Below, one piece after another: positions 1-9,058 of a stretch of DNA of 29,402 nucleotides (position 1 is the stretch's first letter; each line of letters starts with the position of its first letter). A program made the translations under genes and the position numbers. This stretch comes from Chloroflexota bacterium (GTDB lineage: Bacteria > Chloroflexota > Anaerolineae > Caldilineales > Caldilineaceae): positions 1 through 29,402 of the forward strand of contig JACQGT010000310.1 of the NCBI GenBank assembly GCA_016199425.1. The letters are read 5' to 3'. The notes beneath the pieces were generated by a model. It did not search any database, was not told where the DNA came from, and saw only the letters and a list, made by a program, of their open reading frames with translations.

Positions 1-94
1 ATCTCCAATCTCTAATCGCCCGCCATCGAACCAACTGTCATCTGCTGACCAATCAATCTTGAACAATTCAATTTTCCAAGAGTGAGGGATACCA

Positions 95-559
95 ATGGAC
101 GAAAACCGCAAACTCGCGATTATCTGCTCGAAGGGCACGCTGGACATGGCCTATCCTGGCCTGGTACTTGCCAACGCCGCCCGTATGATGGGCATTGACG
201 TGATGCTTTTCTTCACCTTCTGGGGGATGGAGATTATCTCCAAGAAGAATGTGGACCAGCTAAAAGTTGTGCCTGTGGGCAATCCTGCCATGCACATGCC
301 TCAGTTTGTCGGCGGTCTGCCCGGCATGACCGGACTGGCAACAGTGATGATGAGGAAGGAGATCGAGAAGCTGGCCATGCCGCCTGTGCATGAGTTTCTG
401 GAAATGATTCACGATGCCGGGGCTGAAATCTACGCTTGCCGTATGGCTTCCGATATGATGCATTTGGACCGGGAAGACCTGATCGACGAAGTGGACGATA
501 TTGTCGGCGCCATGGAATTTCTGGAGAAGGCCGAAGGAGCGCAACTGCTCTTTATCTGA
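95..559 (+). CDS. DsrE/DsrF/DrsH-like (DsrE2-type) sulfur-relay/peroxiredoxin-family protein, 154 aa
   Basis: LAIICSKGTLDMAYP..LANAA..MG.DV..FFTFWG and IYACRMA..M motifs typical of the DrsE_2 family; GAGGGA RBS before ATG 95. Confidence 0.85.
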   Translation: MDENRKLAIICSKGTLDMAYPGLVLANAARMMGIDVMLFFTFWGMEIISKKNVDQLKVVPVGNPAMHMPQFVGGLPGMTGLATVMMRKEIEKLAMPPVHEFLEMIHDAGAEIYACRMASDMMHLDREDLIDEVDDIVGAMEFLEKAEGAQLLFI

Positions 560-600
560 TGCGAAGTCCTCGGCGCTTTCCGAAGTAGACGAGCAGACTT

Positions 601-664
601 GATTCCGGGAATCGGCCAGATGACCAGGGACATTCGAGAGAAGGTGTGGCCGATTCCCGGAATC
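601..664. repeat. 64-bp hairpin element, copy 1
   Basis: Perfect 18-bp IR GATTCCGGGAATCGGCCA (601-618) / TGGCCGATTCCCGGAATC (647-664) with a 28-nt spacer. Confidence 0.9.
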
Positions 665-717
665 GTGTCCACGAATTCGACCACATCCGCGCCTTTGTGC
701 ATTTCATGTTCCCTCCT

Positions 718-757
718 CCGGTGGGGGCGGCTGGCGACGGTCTGCCGCCCCCACCGG
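718..757. repeat. GC-rich REP-like hairpin
   Basis: 14-bp perfect stem CCGGTGGGGGCGGC / GCCGCCCCCACCGG, 12-nt loop. Confidence 0.65.
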
Positions 758-767
758 GAAATGAGGA

Positions 768-810
768 CAAAAGAGCCGGGTGTCACCTGAGGTGACACCC
801 GGCTCTTTTG
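768..810. terminator. Bidirectional intrinsic terminator between convergent genes
   Basis: 20-bp perfect IR CAAAAGAGCCGGGTGTCACC-tga-GGTGACACCCGGCTCTTTTG with A/T tracts at both ends. Confidence 0.85.
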
Positions 811-829
811 TGGGAGTTTATTCGGCTGG

Positions 830-892
830 CAGTCATCAGCCAACAGTCATCAGTCGGACGCCCACTGATTACTGATAGCTGTTGACTATCTG
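830..892. repeat. Heptamer-periodic palindromic repeat (CAG-type units facing CTG-type units)
   Basis: CAGTCAT CAGCCAA CAGTCAT CAGTCGG, 7-nt loop, CTGATTA CTGATAG CTGTTGA CTATCTG. Confidence 0.7.
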
Positions 893-1432
893 CTACTCCC
901 CCATCTGCACAGGGCGATAGCCCAGATTGGCTTCGGCTGTGCGGGGATCGACCTTTTGGGTGCGGGGTGGCTGATTGTAGCCCGTGGATGCGCCCGTCTG
1001 GGGTGTGCCACAGCGCACGCAGATGTCCCACTCCTGGCGGACCAGTGTGCCGCAGTTGGCGCAGGCATACTGCTGCTGGGCGTGGCAATTGGGGCAGAAG
1101 ACCCACTCACCTTTGACAGGCACGCCGCATTCATGACAGGTGACGCTCTCTTCCAACTCACGCAGGATCGCCTCTTCTTCCAGCGCCCGGTCATAGACAT
1201 CGGCCAGGGTATCCTTGGGCCGAATCATCATATAGAGGATCAGCCCAACCAGCGGGAAGATGAGGGTGAGCAGACAGGCCAGACCAATCGCCAGCCAATC
1301 CCGGGTACGGGAACGGATGTCGTTAAAGGTCCAGATGCCCATGGCGATCCAGAACGCAAACAAAAAGGCACCGAGAAGCGCAACGACTATACCCAGCACT
1401 GTTGCAATTGAATTGACCAAATCAGTTGACAT
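893..1432 (-). CDS. Membrane-anchored double zinc-ribbon protein, 179 aa
   Basis: Two N-terminal hydrophobic helices, then CHECG..CPNC..CANCG..CVRCG; start moved from 1465 to ATG 1432 with GGAG RBS. Confidence 0.8.
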   Translation of the reverse strand: MSTDLVNSIATVLGIVVALLGAFLFAFWIAMGIWTFNDIRSRTRDWLAIGLACLLTLIFPLVGLILYMMIRPKDTLADVYDRALEEEAILRELEESVTCHECGVPVKGEWVFCPNCHAQQQYACANCGTLVRQEWDICVRCGTPQTGASTGYNQPPRTQKVDPRTAEANLGYRPVQMGE

Positions 1433-1464
1433 GGAAACTCTCCAGAAATAAATCGATTGGGGCA

Positions 1465-1493
1465 ATTATAGCCTAGCCCGGTGGGATGACCAA
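1465..1493 (-). promoter_or_regulatory. Putative sigma70-type promoter for the zinc-ribbon gene
   Basis: Minus strand TTGGTC-N17-TATAAT. Confidence 0.45.
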
Positions 1494-1510
1494 ACAAGTT
1501 GGGGCGTCAG

Positions 1511-1540
1511 ACCTGCCAGGTTTCGGAAAACCTGGCAGGT
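1511..1540. repeat. REP-like hairpin ACCTGCCAGGTTT-cgga-AAACCTGGCAGGT
   Basis: 13-bp perfect stem, 4-nt loop, in a divergent intergenic region. Confidence 0.75.
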
Positions 1541-1560
1541 TTGATGCGAGCAGGAGCGGT

Positions 1561-1623
1561 TTGTAATAGCTTACAACCGGGCGTATAGGAGAGTTTGCAA
1601 AAATCAGTCAAATCCTGTATAGT
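1561..1623 (+). promoter_or_regulatory. Putative sigma70 promoter of the ABC operon with an upstream palindrome
   Basis: TTGCAA (1595-1600)-N17-TATAGT (1618-1623); palindrome TTGTAA-N4-TTACAA at 1561-1576. Confidence 0.5.
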
Positions 1624-1868
1624 AGCCCCACCTCCGAACACAACGTGTTTTCACAAGAGGCCAAAACCTCCCAAACCGGTGTATCACTGAATTCTTGACC
1701 ACGAAATCGACCCGTTTCTGCGTTCTCCCGCAGTGGGGTCTGCGTTGGGCCAAAGCACCCACCCAAACTGAGTCACGCGCATATTTTGATGGGGTTTTCT
1801 GACGCGCCAGGGCAATTTCAGTCCACACAGCCACGCCCGCTCAGAGTAACTGCTCAGGCTACGAGACC

Positions 1869-1933
1869 CATTCCGGGAATCGACCAGACCAATACGGGAA
1901 TTCCCAGGCAGATAGTGGTCGATTCCCGGAATG
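1869..1933. repeat. 64-bp hairpin element, divergent copy
   Basis: Perfect 18-bp IR CATTCCGGGAATCGACCA / TGGTCGATTCCCGGAATG with a 29-nt spacer; two paired substitutions relative to the other copies. Confidence 0.85.
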
Positions 1934-2098
1934 AGGTTGAGCAGCTACCGCTCAGATTCTACTGCTCACTGGTTTTCGATTCGTAGTTCCCCTTTATCGT
2001 ACTTTGTAATCGTACAGCAACCGTCTGACTGTGTTTGCTTGTCGATACTATTCCAAAGGTTTTCTGTTCACCCTTTTTCTATCAGAAGGAGTAATGCA

Positions 2099-3190
2099 AT
2101 GTTGAAAGGCAAGAAGATCCAAACTGTGGGGATGATTGTATCTATGGTTGTGGGTATGATTATCGCCGCCTGTCTGGCCCCGGCTGCGGTCCCGGTCACA
2201 TCCGAGGAACCGGCCGCGCCTGTAGCTCAGACCACCGCCAAGTCCACTCTGGACATTGTGAAGGAGCGGGGCAAGTTGATCTGTGTGGGCAATTCCGCTC
2301 TGCCCGGCTTTGGCTTCCTGAATGAAGCAGGCGTTTTCAGCGGCTTTGATGTGGACTACTGCAAGGCGCTGGCTGCTGCCATCTTTGGCGACCCCAGCAA
2401 GCACGAAATCAGGGCCACATCCGCTTCCGAGCGCTTCACAGTGTTGCAGAGCGGTGAGGGCGACGTGCTGATCCGCAACACCACCTGGACAATGTCCCGG
2501 GACACCGACCTGGGCATGAATTTCGGCCCCACCACCTTCTACGACGGTCAGGGCATGATGGTCCACAAGGATAGCGGCATCAAGACCCTGCAAGACCTGA
2601 ACGGCGCTTCTGTCTGCGTGCAGACCGGCACCACCACCGAACTGAACCTGGCTGACCAGATGGCCGCCGCCGGTGTCACCTACGAGCCGGTTGTTTTTGA
2701 GACCGCCGACGAAGTGACCACTGCCTATGAAGAAGGGCGCTGCGACGCCTGGACCACCGACAAGTCCGGTCTTGTTTCCCGCCAGACCATTTTGGCTGAG
2801 CCGTCCGCCCACGAAATTATGGACGTGACCCTCTCCAAAGAACCCCTGGGGCCGGCCGTGCGCCACGGTGATGATCAGTGGTTCGATATTGTGAATTGGG
2901 TTGTCTACGCCACCTTCACCGCCGAAGAGATGGGCATCACCAGCGCCAATGTGGACAGCTTCATGACCACTGAAGATCCGAATATCAAGAAGCTGCTCGG
3001 TTTGGAAGGCGAATTCTGCGCCAAGATCGGCCTGGCCAACGACTGTTTTGTCAACGTCATCAAGCAGGTCGGCAATTACGGCGAAATTTACAATGCCAAC
3101 CTGGGCCCGGACACGGTCTTCAACCTGCCCCGTGGCCTGAACAGCCTCTACACCCAGGGCGGCCTGCTCTACGCTCCGCCCATCCGCTAA
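2099..3190 (+). CDS. aapJ: Amino-acid ABC transporter substrate-binding lipoprotein (AapJ/BztA type), 363 aa
   Basis: Lipobox-like IIAAC; GFDVDYCKALAAA, RNTTWT, FYDGQG, SKEPLGP, WFDIVNW family motifs; AAGGAG RBS before ATG 2099. Confidence 0.92.
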   Translation: MLKGKKIQTVGMIVSMVVGMIIAACLAPAAVPVTSEEPAAPVAQTTAKSTLDIVKERGKLICVGNSALPGFGFLNEAGVFSGFDVDYCKALAAAIFGDPSKHEIRATSASERFTVLQSGEGDVLIRNTTWTMSRDTDLGMNFGPTTFYDGQGMMVHKDSGIKTLQDLNGASVCVQTGTTTELNLADQMAAAGVTYEPVVFETADEVTTAYEEGRCDAWTTDKSGLVSRQTILAEPSAHEIMDVTLSKEPLGPAVRHGDDQWFDIVNWVVYATFTAEEMGITSANVDSFMTTEDPNIKKLLGLEGEFCAKIGLANDCFVNVIKQVGNYGEIYNANLGPDTVFNLPRGLNSLYTQGGLLYAPPIR

Positions 3191-3213
3191 GACTTCGTTC
3201 GAACTCTGCAAAC

Positions 3214-3247
3214 ACCTTCCCGGAAGTTTCTGAGCTTCCGGGAAGGT
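3214..3247. repeat. Intercistronic hairpin between the binding-protein and permease genes
   Basis: 13-bp perfect stem ACCTTCCCGGAAG / CTTCCGGGAAGGT, 8-nt loop. Confidence 0.7.
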
Positions 3248-3303
3248 TGTTCCCCCGTGCATCCCCCTTGACCAAATGTCTAGCCACGCCAGACGGAGGC
3301 ACG

Positions 3304-4488
3304 ATGCAACAAATCGCTGCTAGCCAGGCCAGACCCCCCTTCTATCGCGACGAACGCGTTCTGGGCGTCATCAGCCAGATTGTGGTCGTGGGCATTGCGG
3401 TGGGTCTGCTATCCTATTTTTATAGCAATATGGTGAGCGCGCTGCGCAATCAGTTAGGCGTTGCCATCAACTACGGCTTTCTGCGCTCCACCGCTGGTTT
3501 TGACATCGGCGAGAGTCTCATCGCCTACACCCGCTCCGACACCTATTTGCGGGCGCTGATTGTGGGGCTGCTCAATACTCTCCAGGTTGCCATTCTGGGC
3601 ATCTTTTTTGCCACACTGTGGGGAACCCTCATCGGCATTATGCGGCTCTCCACCAACTTCTTGGTGAGCCGGATCGCTGCGGTCTATATCGACATCTTCC
3701 GCAATATCCCTCTGCTGCTGCTCTTGATCTTTTGGGCACAGGCGGTGTTCTTTAAGCTGCCCCGTGTGCAGGAAGCGCTGATTCTGCCCGGACCCACCTT
3801 CCTCAGCAACCGGGGCATTGCCATCCCCTGGGGTGTGCCGACCGACTCCTGGCCCACCTATCGCCTTATTCTGCTGGTAGGGCTGATTCTGGCCTTTGTC
3901 GTGGCCCGGCTCTTGCAGGAACAGGGCAAGCGCACAGGACGCATGCCGTTGCTCACCCTCTGGTTTGTGGTCACATTTGTGGTGGTCGGGGTGATCGGCT
4001 GGTTTGTGCTGCCCCAGCCTCTGACCTTGACTACACCGGAATTGGTGGGCTTCAACACCCAGGGCGGACGGGTCTTCAGCCAGCAGTTTCTGGCCCTGCT
4101 CACCGGGCTGATTGTCTACACCGCGTCTTTCATCGCCGAGACGGTGCGGGCGGGCATTCAGTCGGTCACCAAAGGCCAACGGGAAGCCGCCACCGCGTTG
4201 GGGCTAACCGGCTTTCAAACTCTGCGCCTGATTATCTTTCCCCAGGCGTTGCGAGTGATTGTTCCCCCTCTCACCAGCCAATATCTGAACCTGACCAAGA
4301 ATTCGTCCCTGGCTATCGCGGTGGGTTATCCCGATCTTTTCGCGGTGGCGGGCAACACAATTCTGAATCAGACAGGACGGGCGATTGAGGTCTTCTCTCT
4401 GGTCATGGGCATCTATCTCTTCTTTAGCCTGACCACATCGTTGTTTATGAACATTTACAATCAGCGCATCCGGCTGATCGAGCGCTAA
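3304..4488 (+). CDS. aapQ: Amino-acid ABC transporter permease (AapQ/BztB type), 394 aa
   Basis: GLLNTL, FRNIPLLL, EAA loop (GQREAATALGL), NLTKNSSLA..GYPDL; GGAGG RBS before ATG 3304. Confidence 0.92.
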   Translation: MQQIAASQARPPFYRDERVLGVISQIVVVGIAVGLLSYFYSNMVSALRNQLGVAINYGFLRSTAGFDIGESLIAYTRSDTYLRALIVGLLNTLQVAILGIFFATLWGTLIGIMRLSTNFLVSRIAAVYIDIFRNIPLLLLLIFWAQAVFFKLPRVQEALILPGPTFLSNRGIAIPWGVPTDSWPTYRLILLVGLILAFVVARLLQEQGKRTGRMPLLTLWFVVTFVVVGVIGWFVLPQPLTLTTPELVGFNTQGGRVFSQQFLALLTGLIVYTASFIAETVRAGIQSVTKGQREAATALGLTGFQTLRLIIFPQALRVIVPPLTSQYLNLTKNSSLAIAVGYPDLFAVAGNTILNQTGRAIEVFSLVMGIYLFFSLTTSLFMNIYNQRIRLIER

Positions 4489-4490
4489 GT

Positions 4491-4585
4491 AACTGTCCAC
4501 GATTCCGGGAATCGGCCACACGATCTCTCGAATGCCGCTGTACATCTGGCCGATTCCCGGAATCAAATCGCCCCAGTGGACAGTT
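4491..4585. repeat. 64-bp hairpin element (4501-4564) inside an outer 10-bp IR
   Basis: Perfect 18-bp IR 4501-4518 / 4547-4564, 28-nt spacer; outer AACTGTCCAC / GTGGACAGTT. Confidence 0.9.
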
Positions 4586-4596
4586 CTAATCAACGA

Positions 4597-4620
4597 TAGC
4601 GGGTGAGAAACCCGCCCTAC
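4597..4620. repeat. Degenerate CTAC/GTAG-tagged REP-like hairpin
   Basis: TAGCGGGT-gaga-AACCCGCCCTAC. Confidence 0.45.
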
Positions 4621-4637
4621 TTTTGGGAAGAACGATT

Positions 4638-5855
4638 ATGACATCAGCCGTACAAACAGCGACACGCAAAGCACTGCCGCCGCCCACCGAGCGCTACACG
4701 ATTCTGGGCTGGCTGCAAAAGAACCTTTTTGATGGCTGGTTCAACTCTGGGCTGACGATCGTAGCATTGGGGCTGCTCTATGCCCTACTGCGCCCGCTGC
4801 TGAACTGGGCTGTCAACACCGCCCGCTGGGAAGTAATCCCGGCCAACTTCAATCTGATACTACGCGGCCAATACACTGCCGAGCAGGTGTGGCGGCTTTG
4901 GCTGGCTCTCTATTTGCTGGCCTTTGTCGTCGGCTTTGCCTGGGCTGCCAACACCAAAATCATCCAGGGCGAGCTGATTGTACTCTTCGCCGTGCCTCTT
5001 TTGCTGATGCTGGTCCCCTTCTTCGACGGCGGAATCCGCATCAATCTGCTGATTGTAGAAGCCGCTGGTCTGGTCGGTTATGTCGTCGGGCGGGTCTTGC
5101 CCCAAAGGCAGAGCAGACTCGGCGTCTATGCACTACTCATTTACGCCGTCGTGCTGCTGTTTATCCTGCGCGGCGGATCGGGCGACACAGGCGCATGGGC
5201 TGCTGTACCCACGAATTTGTGGGGCGGTCTGCTGCTTTCTCTGCTCCTGGCCGTCTTTGGGATCGCCATCTCCTTTCCGCTGGGGGTGCTGCTCGCTCTG
5301 GGCCGCCAATCCAAACTGCCCGCGATTCGGATGGTTTCGGTCCTCTACATCGAGTTTATCCGGGGCGTGCCGCTGATCAGCCTGCTCTTTATGGCCCAGG
5401 TGATGTTGCAGCTTTTCCTGCCCGACGGTTTCCCGACCATTGACCGGGCATTGCGTGCCCTGGCTGCCGTCACCCTCTTCTCCGCAGCCTATACAGCCGA
5501 GAATGTGCGGGGTGGTCTGCAATCTATCCCCAGAGGTCAATACGAGGCCGCCGACGCCCTGGGGTTGAGTACCTTCCACTCCATGACTTTTATCATTCTG
5601 CCCCAGGCCCTGCGCGCTGTGATTCCTGTGCTGGTCGGGCAGTTTATCGGCCTCTTCAAAGACACCTCTCTGGTGGCGTTGGTTGGCCTCTTCGATCTAT
5701 TGGGCGTTGCCCGCACAGTTCTGGGCAACCCCAATTGGCTGGGAACCCACCAGGAGGTCTATGCCTTCATCGGCCTGCTCTACTGGATTTTCAGCTATAT
5801 GATGTCCTACACCAGCCGCCGCATCGAAGCGCGCCTGGCTGTTGCCAATCGCTGA
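4638..5855 (+). CDS. aapM: Amino-acid ABC transporter permease (AapM/BztC type), 405 aa
   Basis: WGGLLLS, IRGVPLI, AYTAENVRGGLQSIPRGQYEAADALGL, FKDTSLV; weak RBS so start is approximate. Confidence 0.9.
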   Translation: MTSAVQTATRKALPPPTERYTILGWLQKNLFDGWFNSGLTIVALGLLYALLRPLLNWAVNTARWEVIPANFNLILRGQYTAEQVWRLWLALYLLAFVVGFAWAANTKIIQGELIVLFAVPLLLMLVPFFDGGIRINLLIVEAAGLVGYVVGRVLPQRQSRLGVYALLIYAVVLLFILRGGSGDTGAWAAVPTNLWGGLLLSLLLAVFGIAISFPLGVLLALGRQSKLPAIRMVSVLYIEFIRGVPLISLLFMAQVMLQLFLPDGFPTIDRALRALAAVTLFSAAYTAENVRGGLQSIPRGQYEAADALGLSTFHSMTFIILPQALRAVIPVLVGQFIGLFKDTSLVALVGLFDLLGVARTVLGNPNWLGTHQEVYAFIGLLYWIFSYMMSYTSRRIEARLAVANR

Positions 5856-5900
5856 TCCACTGCATTTTGTCCGCCCAGCAGCATTCTATGGGAGCTTTCC

Positions 5901-6650
<750 letters not shown>

Positions 6651-6658
6651 GGAGGCGA

Positions 6659-7031
6659 GGGACGCAGATTTGCCTGATCTGTATTGATTTGGGTGTGTTC
6701 AAAATGAGTGATAAGGCGGGGCGTATAGCCGCGGATCAGGGGTGACGCGGATTTGCCTCGCTCTGCGCGGATCAATCCGCGCTGCCTGGAATCCGCGGCT
6801 ATCGTCTCTCCAACTCATTTTGAACACACCCTATTGATTTGTCGCTGAACAGAAGACGAGAACACGGATTGCGGAATTTGCGGATTTGATCTGCGTTCAT
6901 CCGCTGTTTCTGTGTCATCTGCGTCCCGCTTTTGGCGGATTATTGGGAACGGGGCAGTCTGGACGTATGGCTGCCCCACTTTTTGCCACGCCCCAATGAC
7001 AAATCCGCAAATTCTGCCATCTGTGTTCTCG
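6659..7031. repeat. Cluster of nested and crossing inverted repeats of the C(A/G)CGGAT type
   Basis: 11-bp IR 6659-6669 / 6917-6927; 12-bp IR 6725-6736 / 6791-6802; 32-bp IR 6857-6888 / 7000-7031 (29/32); hairpin 6951-6977. Confidence 0.75.
6691..6831. mobile_element. 141-bp MITE-like element with 19-bp TIRs and 9-bp target-site duplication
   Basis: TIR GGGTGTGTTCAAAATGAGT (6691-6709) / ACTCATTTTGAACACACCC (6813-6831); direct repeat TATTGATTT at 6682-6690 and 6832-6840. Confidence 0.85.
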
Positions 7032-7127
7032 CAGGCGGAGGATTTCGACATTCTCTTTCCCCCCGGTACAATGTGTCGGGTATTTTGACGAGTCGCTTGC
7101 CATACTCTATTCTTGCAGGAGTTTTCG

Positions 7128-8957
7128 ATGATCCGTCGCTTTCTGCCCATTTTTGCATCTCTCTTTGTCCTGGCGCTGACCTTCTTTTCTCTGACTGGCG
7201 CTGTGTTTGCCGCTCTCTCTATCCAGGAAAGCCAGCCGATCACAGCAGTCACCATCCCGCCGCGCATGAACGCGCGCACAGGACCGGGGACCGGCTATCC
7301 GGTGGTGGGGTTTGTGGCCGCGGGAACAAAAGTGAAAATCATCGGCGAGAACGCCGACGGCACGTGGGTGCGGGCCGAAATCGACGGCTTCGATGGCCCG
7401 GTCTGGCTGGCAAAGTGGCTGTTGAATGTGGCGGAAGGAAGCGCAGCCGCAGCGCAATCCAGACCGCAATCCAACGCAGCCATATCCCAGACAACGCCCC
7501 TATCCGCGACAGTAGCTTTCTCGACAACGGCGACAGCCGCTTCGGTAACAGAAAAACCGTCCGCACCCGCTGTGGATACCTCTGCCGGGCCGGTAGCGGT
7601 GACGACGCCCGCCCGTATGAATGTGCGCCGGGGGCCGGGGACCGCATATCCCGTGGCGACAAACGCGGCCGCGGGCACCCAGGCCCGCATCCTGGGTATC
7701 GGCCCGGACCGCCAGTGGTATCAGGTGGAGATGGACGGTCAGAGCGACAAACTCTGGATTTTTGCCAGCCTGACCACCACCCACGGCTCGTTGGAGGGCG
7801 TTCCCCAACTGACAGAAGCTGAGATTCCGCCCCGTCCCCAGCCTGTAGCCCAACCTGCACCCCAGGCCGCCGCGCCAGCCGCCGCTCCCGTGGCCCGCGC
7901 CGCGTCCCTGCCTGGCGTGGGATTTGGCTACGGCATCCAGGCGCACATTATCCACACCGGCCAGGAAGGGCTGGCGATGGACAAGACCCGGGAGATGGGC
8001 TTTACGTGGATGAAGCAGCAGATCGAATGGCGCATCTTCGAGTCAAACCCCGGCCAGTACGGCTTCGGCGACATTGGCCCGATCATCGGCGCGGCCGATC
8101 AGCGGGGCATCAACCTGCTCTTCAGCGTTGTCAACGCGCCGGACTGGGCAAGGGGGCCGGGCTTCGACGCCAATGTGGGCGGCCCGCCCGCGGATCCCCA
8201 GACTCTCGCCAACTTCCTGGGCGCGCTGGCCCGTGAATATTGCGGCTCATCGTTGAAAGCTATCGAAGTCTGGAACGAGCAGAATCTCCACTACGAATGG
8301 GGCAACAAACCGCTCAACCCGGCAGAGTATGTGGCCCTTCTGCGTCCGGCCTATGCCAGCATCAAAGCCGCCTGCCCGTCCATCTACGTCATCAGCGGCG
8401 CGCCCACCCCCGCGGGCGACAACGGCACGCTGGCCATGGACGATTTCCGCTATCTGGAAGAGATGTTCAAGCAGGGGGTGGCCCGCTACGTAGACGGCAT
8501 CGGTGCCCATCCCAGCGGCTACAATGTGCCGGCCAACGTCACCTGGCAGGCTGCCTGCGCGGCCATCCAGCAGACGGGCAACAGCTTCAACGGCGCGTGC
8601 GACAATCCCCACCACTCCTGGAGTTTCCGCAGCACAATGGAGGGCTATCGCAACATCGCGGTTGTCTACGGTGCAGGCAATATCCCGATTTGGCCCACGG
8701 AGTTTGGCTGGGCTGCCGGCGGCGCTTATCACCCGGCCTATGCCTACGCCAACGACAACAGCTACGACGAGCAGGCCGCCTGGACGGTAGAAGCCTACCA
8801 GATGATGAGGAATTGGGGCTGGGTGGGGCCTGCCTTCCTCTGGAATCTCAACTTCCGGGTGGTGGCCGACGGCACGGAGAAGGCCCAGTGGGGGATTGTG
8901 CGCAACGACTGGAGTCCGCTGCCAGTGTATGAGGCGTTGCGAGGGATGGGGAAGTAG
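7128..8957 (+). CDS. Secreted protein with two bacterial SH3 domains and a clan GH-A (GH39/GH5-like) glycoside hydrolase domain, 609 aa
   Basis: Signal peptide; two (M)N(A/V)R.GPGT.YPV repeats; Pro/Ala linker; WNEQN acid/base and PTEFGW nucleophile motifs; AGGAG RBS before ATG 7128. Confidence 0.8.
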   Translation: MIRRFLPIFASLFVLALTFFSLTGAVFAALSIQESQPITAVTIPPRMNARTGPGTGYPVVGFVAAGTKVKIIGENADGTWVRAEIDGFDGPVWLAKWLLNVAEGSAAAAQSRPQSNAAISQTTPLSATVAFSTTATAASVTEKPSAPAVDTSAGPVAVTTPARMNVRRGPGTAYPVATNAAAGTQARILGIGPDRQWYQVEMDGQSDKLWIFASLTTTHGSLEGVPQLTEAEIPPRPQPVAQPAPQAAAPAAAPVARAASLPGVGFGYGIQAHIIHTGQEGLAMDKTREMGFTWMKQQIEWRIFESNPGQYGFGDIGPIIGAADQRGINLLFSVVNAPDWARGPGFDANVGGPPADPQTLANFLGALAREYCGSSLKAIEVWNEQNLHYEWGNKPLNPAEYVALLRPAYASIKAACPSIYVISGAPTPAGDNGTLAMDDFRYLEEMFKQGVARYVDGIGAHPSGYNVPANVTWQAACAAIQQTGNSFNGACDNPHHSWSFRSTMEGYRNIAVVYGAGNIPIWPTEFGWAAGGAYHPAYAYANDNSYDEQAAWTVEAYQMMRNWGWVGPAFLWNLNFRVVADGTEKAQWGIVRNDWSPLPVYEALRGMGK

Positions 8958-8974
8958 TTGCAGGTTGCAAGCGG

Positions 8975-8995
8975 TGTCCTGAGCCTGTCGAAGGA
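8975..8995. repeat. Single TGTCCTGAGCCTGTCGAAGGA REP-like unit
   Basis: Matches a half-palindromic intergenic repeat type I recognise from other bacteria; one copy only in this window. Confidence 0.45.
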
Positions 8996-9011
8996 TGGCA
9001 GGTGGAAAGCC

Positions 9012-9041
9012 AAAGGCCGGGCGAATCATCGCCCGGCCTTT
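9012..9041. terminator. Bidirectional terminator between the glycoside hydrolase and sulfatase genes
   Basis: 13-bp perfect stem AAAGGCCGGGCGA-atca-TCGCCCGGCCTTT. Confidence 0.8.
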
Positions 9042-9058
9042 ATTGAACTTGTGACGTT

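Noticed and set aside
95-559. Dissimilatory sulfur metabolism from DsrE, rhodanese and sulfatase
   Set aside because: The genes are unlinked, no dsrAB/sox/hdr is present, and these families are widespread.
430-843. Small ORFs at 430..843, 552..770, 599..790, 4204..4593 and 14229..14543 sharing IPGIG/WPIPGI
   Set aside because: The similarity comes entirely from the DNA repeat; there is no RBS or other coding support.
1931-2098. N-terminal extensions in the ORF track (1931, 3247, 11678, 13893, 14131, 19989, 24373, 25180, 25296)
   Set aside because: They run through repeats or promoters; downstream starts fit RBS, promoter or family N-termini better.
2048-3262. Long antisense ORF (404 aa) opposite aapJ; likewise 9071..10528, 25435..26739, 14965..16185 and 23678..24622
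   Set aside because: Shadow frames of well-supported genes, expected from GC-rich codon bias; no recognisable motifs.
601-4564. Possible CRISPR array from the GATTCCGGGAATC repeats
   Set aside because: Copies are inverted pairs dispersed over kilobases with similar spacers, not tandem direct repeats with unique spacers; no cas genes.
6815-7279. ORFs over 6815-7280 and 17210..17434 (SAFIRVHPW)
   Set aside because: Translations of the palindromic repeat clusters.
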